Shown here in pieces: positions 57,160 to 64,000 of a stretch of DNA of 64,000 nucleotides (the first letter of the stretch is position 1; each line of letters begins with the position of its first letter). The DNA lies in contig CM022672.1 in the NCBI GenBank assembly GCA_012295275.1, positions 29,636,001 to 29,700,000 on the forward strand, written 5' to 3'. A program made the translations under genes and the position numbers. Source of the DNA: Chrysomallon squamiferum. Lineage: Eukaryota > Animalia > Mollusca. The notes under the pieces were generated by a model that worked only from the letters and a program-made list of their open reading frames with translations, searched no databases and was not told where the DNA came from.

Positions 57160-57680
57160 TCATGGAATTCCATCAGTCTGTCAGTCAATTAATCTACTAA
57201 TTAATTAATTTCTTTATTTAACTATTTTGTACTGGCGGCTTTTTGTTTTGTTTACTATTACATACACACATTTGTTTTTGACTGTTGTGTAATAGTGTTA
57301 TTTTATTTTATGTTATTTTTTTTGTTTGTTTTTTAAATTATTTAATCAAACATTTGTGTTTAATTATTTGATTTAATCAAGGTTTCTGTTTTTATATTTG
57401 AGAAATAACTTGTTACTGCAGTGAAGAATGGTTGTCTGTTTTACATTTTTGGTGTGAAGATGATTTTCGGTGTTAATTTGATTTTTAATTCACTGACTGT
57501 GTCATATAGTGTTTTTCAGTTGTTGGTATAATTTGGACACAGAAATAATGTTTCATAGATTCAGAAATTTCACAGCTGCAGTTTGGTGTTGTGCTTATTT
57601 TATATTTAAATTTGACTATTTAGATTGATGGAGTTGCTAATTCTGAGTTTTTAAGGTTTTCGTTAGGTACCCAGCGTTGC
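57160..57680 (-). mobile_element. 3' fragment of an I-group LINE
   Basis: Minus strand TTPNCSCEISESMKHYF parallels TSSNCSCGLSETMKHYL at 13905-13960, followed by a similar tail. Confidence 0.75.
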
Positions 57681-59616
57681 TGTAAAAACGATATATTTAT
57701 TTTTTATGATTATCAATTTGCAAACTGATATATTGTAAAACGTTTGAACAGATTTTATTTTAAATAGTTATATATTTGAAGTATCTTTGGTAGCTATCTG
57801 GGATGGGATTTTTCAGGAAGATTTGACAACATAGTTTTTTATCATCTTTTTACATTTGTAGATCGTGTAAACGACAATACTGTGATAATCTTTTCCCCAA
57901 AATAAATACCATTAAATACACGCATATCTTATTTAAAAAATATGTGACCCGTTATTATTTGAAAAAGAAAGAAAATCCTCGATCAGAATCCCAAACAACA
58001 AAACAAAAACCTGCATCAGTGTTGATAAAAAATAAAACTAACTTTGAAAAATCAGAAACAAGTAAGATATAAAGAAACAGGTAAACAAAAGAACTAATCA
58101 TCATCTGCCAAAATATTTTTAAACAAAAAGAGAAAATAAAAGATAATCATTAACTACAAAAATAAATAGTGCAAACGAAACTAATTTATTTGATTAATTA
58201 ATAAACAAATTAAATTTTGTGGGGCCGCTGGTATTTACCCGACAGCTGTGTATGAAGAAACGAAAACCTGACTTGCTGATTCAGTGGTTGTGTAAACTGT
58301 GTGCAATATTTGCCTTATATAAACGACACATTATGTGCACAACATTATTCTGAAGCATGTTCCGTTAAGATTAAACTTCTTCAAAAAGCAGGGAATCCAT
58401 ACTCAAAAAACAAAACAAACAGTATGATGAATATTATTTTTGGTACTCAATATTTATTTTTATTTTTAATAATAATAATAATAATGATAATAAATTATCA
58501 ACTATAAACAGATGCCGCAGCAGTACATCATCCCTTAATCAAATTATTATATGATTCAATAAAAATATAACGTTTACTTTTTGTGACTTCTTTGTTATCC
58601 TCATCACCAGTTTCAGATGAAACATGTGCTTATTAGCTGTATTACACACAATAACGTATACCAAAGTATAAAAATATTGACAAAAATCTTCTAAACTGCA
58701 TTTGATACATGTTTGTTAATAAAATATAATATCATTTTAATTAAGAAAAAATATATTAATAACAGCTAAGGAGATAGTTAAGCCAAAAAGCGAATATTTT
58801 AACATTAAATATATAATCAAAAGTTTAATTATTAAATTATAAAATAATCGTGGATCAATAAATGAAAATTAATATAGAGTAATCGTCACTAATGCAAATA
58901 TATCTGGATGAAAAGACATACAATGGATAGAGTGGCATAATCCACCTTCTGTTGAAATGAGTGATTACTTTTGGCTATATTATGAAATTCAAATGCATTC
59001 ACATGGGTGTCCAGAACAAAGCACAATGACACATTCTGCCATTTAATTTGCAGAACTTATTCATTTCCGAAGACAAGCCATCCATAATTTCACTTAAACA
59101 AACCAAAGTTGTGAGGAAAAAGAGAAATAATCTAGAAATCTGGCTTAATAATAATAATAATAGTTGTCATATCACTGATGCAGAATGTGTTAAACATTAT
59201 CAACGTTATCAATGCTACTCTATTACTACCACTACAATTGTTACTGCTGCTACTGTCACTCTTGATATATTACATTACCATTACAATCACCACTGACATT
59301 ACTGCTGTTACTATTAATACTACTATCATCATTAAACTTCCTTCTCTTTCTCCTCTGCTAAAACCACGAGTGTTCTTTCCACTAATATTGCTACTACTAC
59401 TACTATTATTACTATTAATTTTACTACTATTACCGCTACCACTAATGTTACGACTGACATTACTAGAGGTATGTTTGTCTGACTATATATACGTATGTAT
59501 GTATGTAAGTACGTATGTGTATGTGTATTTATGTATGAGTGTGTACGTATATATGTGTGTGTCTTAAACCAATTAAGAATGAACAAAAATAAAATAAAGT
59601 AGTAAATTCAACTGAC

Positions 59617-63034
<3,418 letters not shown>

Positions 63035-63894
63035 CTGCCAAGATTAGAACACAAAACATACAAATTCAGTGTTTTTAAAACAGGGCGTGACTCTCTCATC
63101 AAACACTAACTGGACAGAGAAACATGGAAAATGATGTTTAAAATCAGCCAACAACAACAACAACAATTGTTATTGTTATTATTATTATTATAATATATAT
63201 AAAGCTTCTTTTTTTTAGGGGGGGGTGGGTATAAATGTTTTCTGTTCTTTTCTCATAGTTCTTTAAGCCGTACAAATCAATAATAAAACAATCTGACATG
63301 AATTCAGTACACTGACAAGTTCCAACTGAACTTTTATTTACTCATACTAAACACGGGAATCTAAATTTAAAGCATTTAATTTAATTTGTTGGCAACATTT
63401 TTTTGAATTCAAAAATATTTAGCAACTAATAACTAGTTTATATTATTATAAACACACAAAACCACCCCTTAAAGGCATAATATTTATTAACTTCACTGTA
63501 TTAACTGAACTTGTGTAGTATGTTTTCTTAATTTTTGTTAATAATGTTCTGTGTTAGTTAATATTAAAATGAATGTCAAGAAATGCAGAATTAGTGTTTA
63601 AATCAAAACGCTATATTTATGCTCTAAATAATGTATTTGAATTTATACGTTTTAAACAGAAAAATAAATATAAATTTTTAATGTATTTTAGCAAGATGTG
63701 CCAATTGAAAAGAAAAATATATGCCTCTTCAACATGAAGATCTGTTGACTTTTAACTAATTTTATGAGGCATCTTTATGTAATATTTTTATGTTACGAAA
63801 GAACCATCTTGCACTGATATTTCATTTCATTTTTTGCTATATTAAATTCTTATTGTATCATTGTACACAAGATTGGATTGTTAAATCATCATAT

Positions 63895-64000
63895 TGGAAC
63901 ATAAATATACATTGTTATATAGTATAAAGATATATCGTGTTAAATAACAACAGTGGAACATAAATATATATTGTAATATTGTAGAAAGACGTATTGTGTT
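63895..64000. repeat. 59-nt tandem repeat at the window edge
   Basis: tggaacataaatata.attgt.atat.gta.aaaga begins at both 63895 and 63954. Confidence 0.75.

Overview
AT-rich, microsatellite-laden, intron-containing animal genomic DNA; the gene families suggest a mollusc-like invertebrate (inference). The centre holds a multi-exon sacsin-like gene on the minus strand (about 33160-45284). It encodes two HSP90-like ATPase repeats, an HPD J-domain and a HEPN domain, carries three 1-nt frameshifts, and appears to have lost the middle repeat in frame. Two convergent, decayed copies of a receptor-type tyrosine phosphatase flank it (plus strand 7576-9674, minus strand 59617-63034) and share one nonsense codon. 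Signal-peptide and F-type lectin exons lie upstream of the left copy, and an orphan inverted KNRY exon sits at 15737-15818. A full-length variant U1 snRNA gene (14906-15070), with a PSE-like element, a 3' box and a perfect 16-bp upstream hairpin, lies about 390 bp behind a little-decayed RNase H-bearing LINE. The rest is transposon debris (Tc1, Sola-like, hAT-like, several LINEs), local duplications and simple repeats. All calls come from manual reading and translation; no searches were run.
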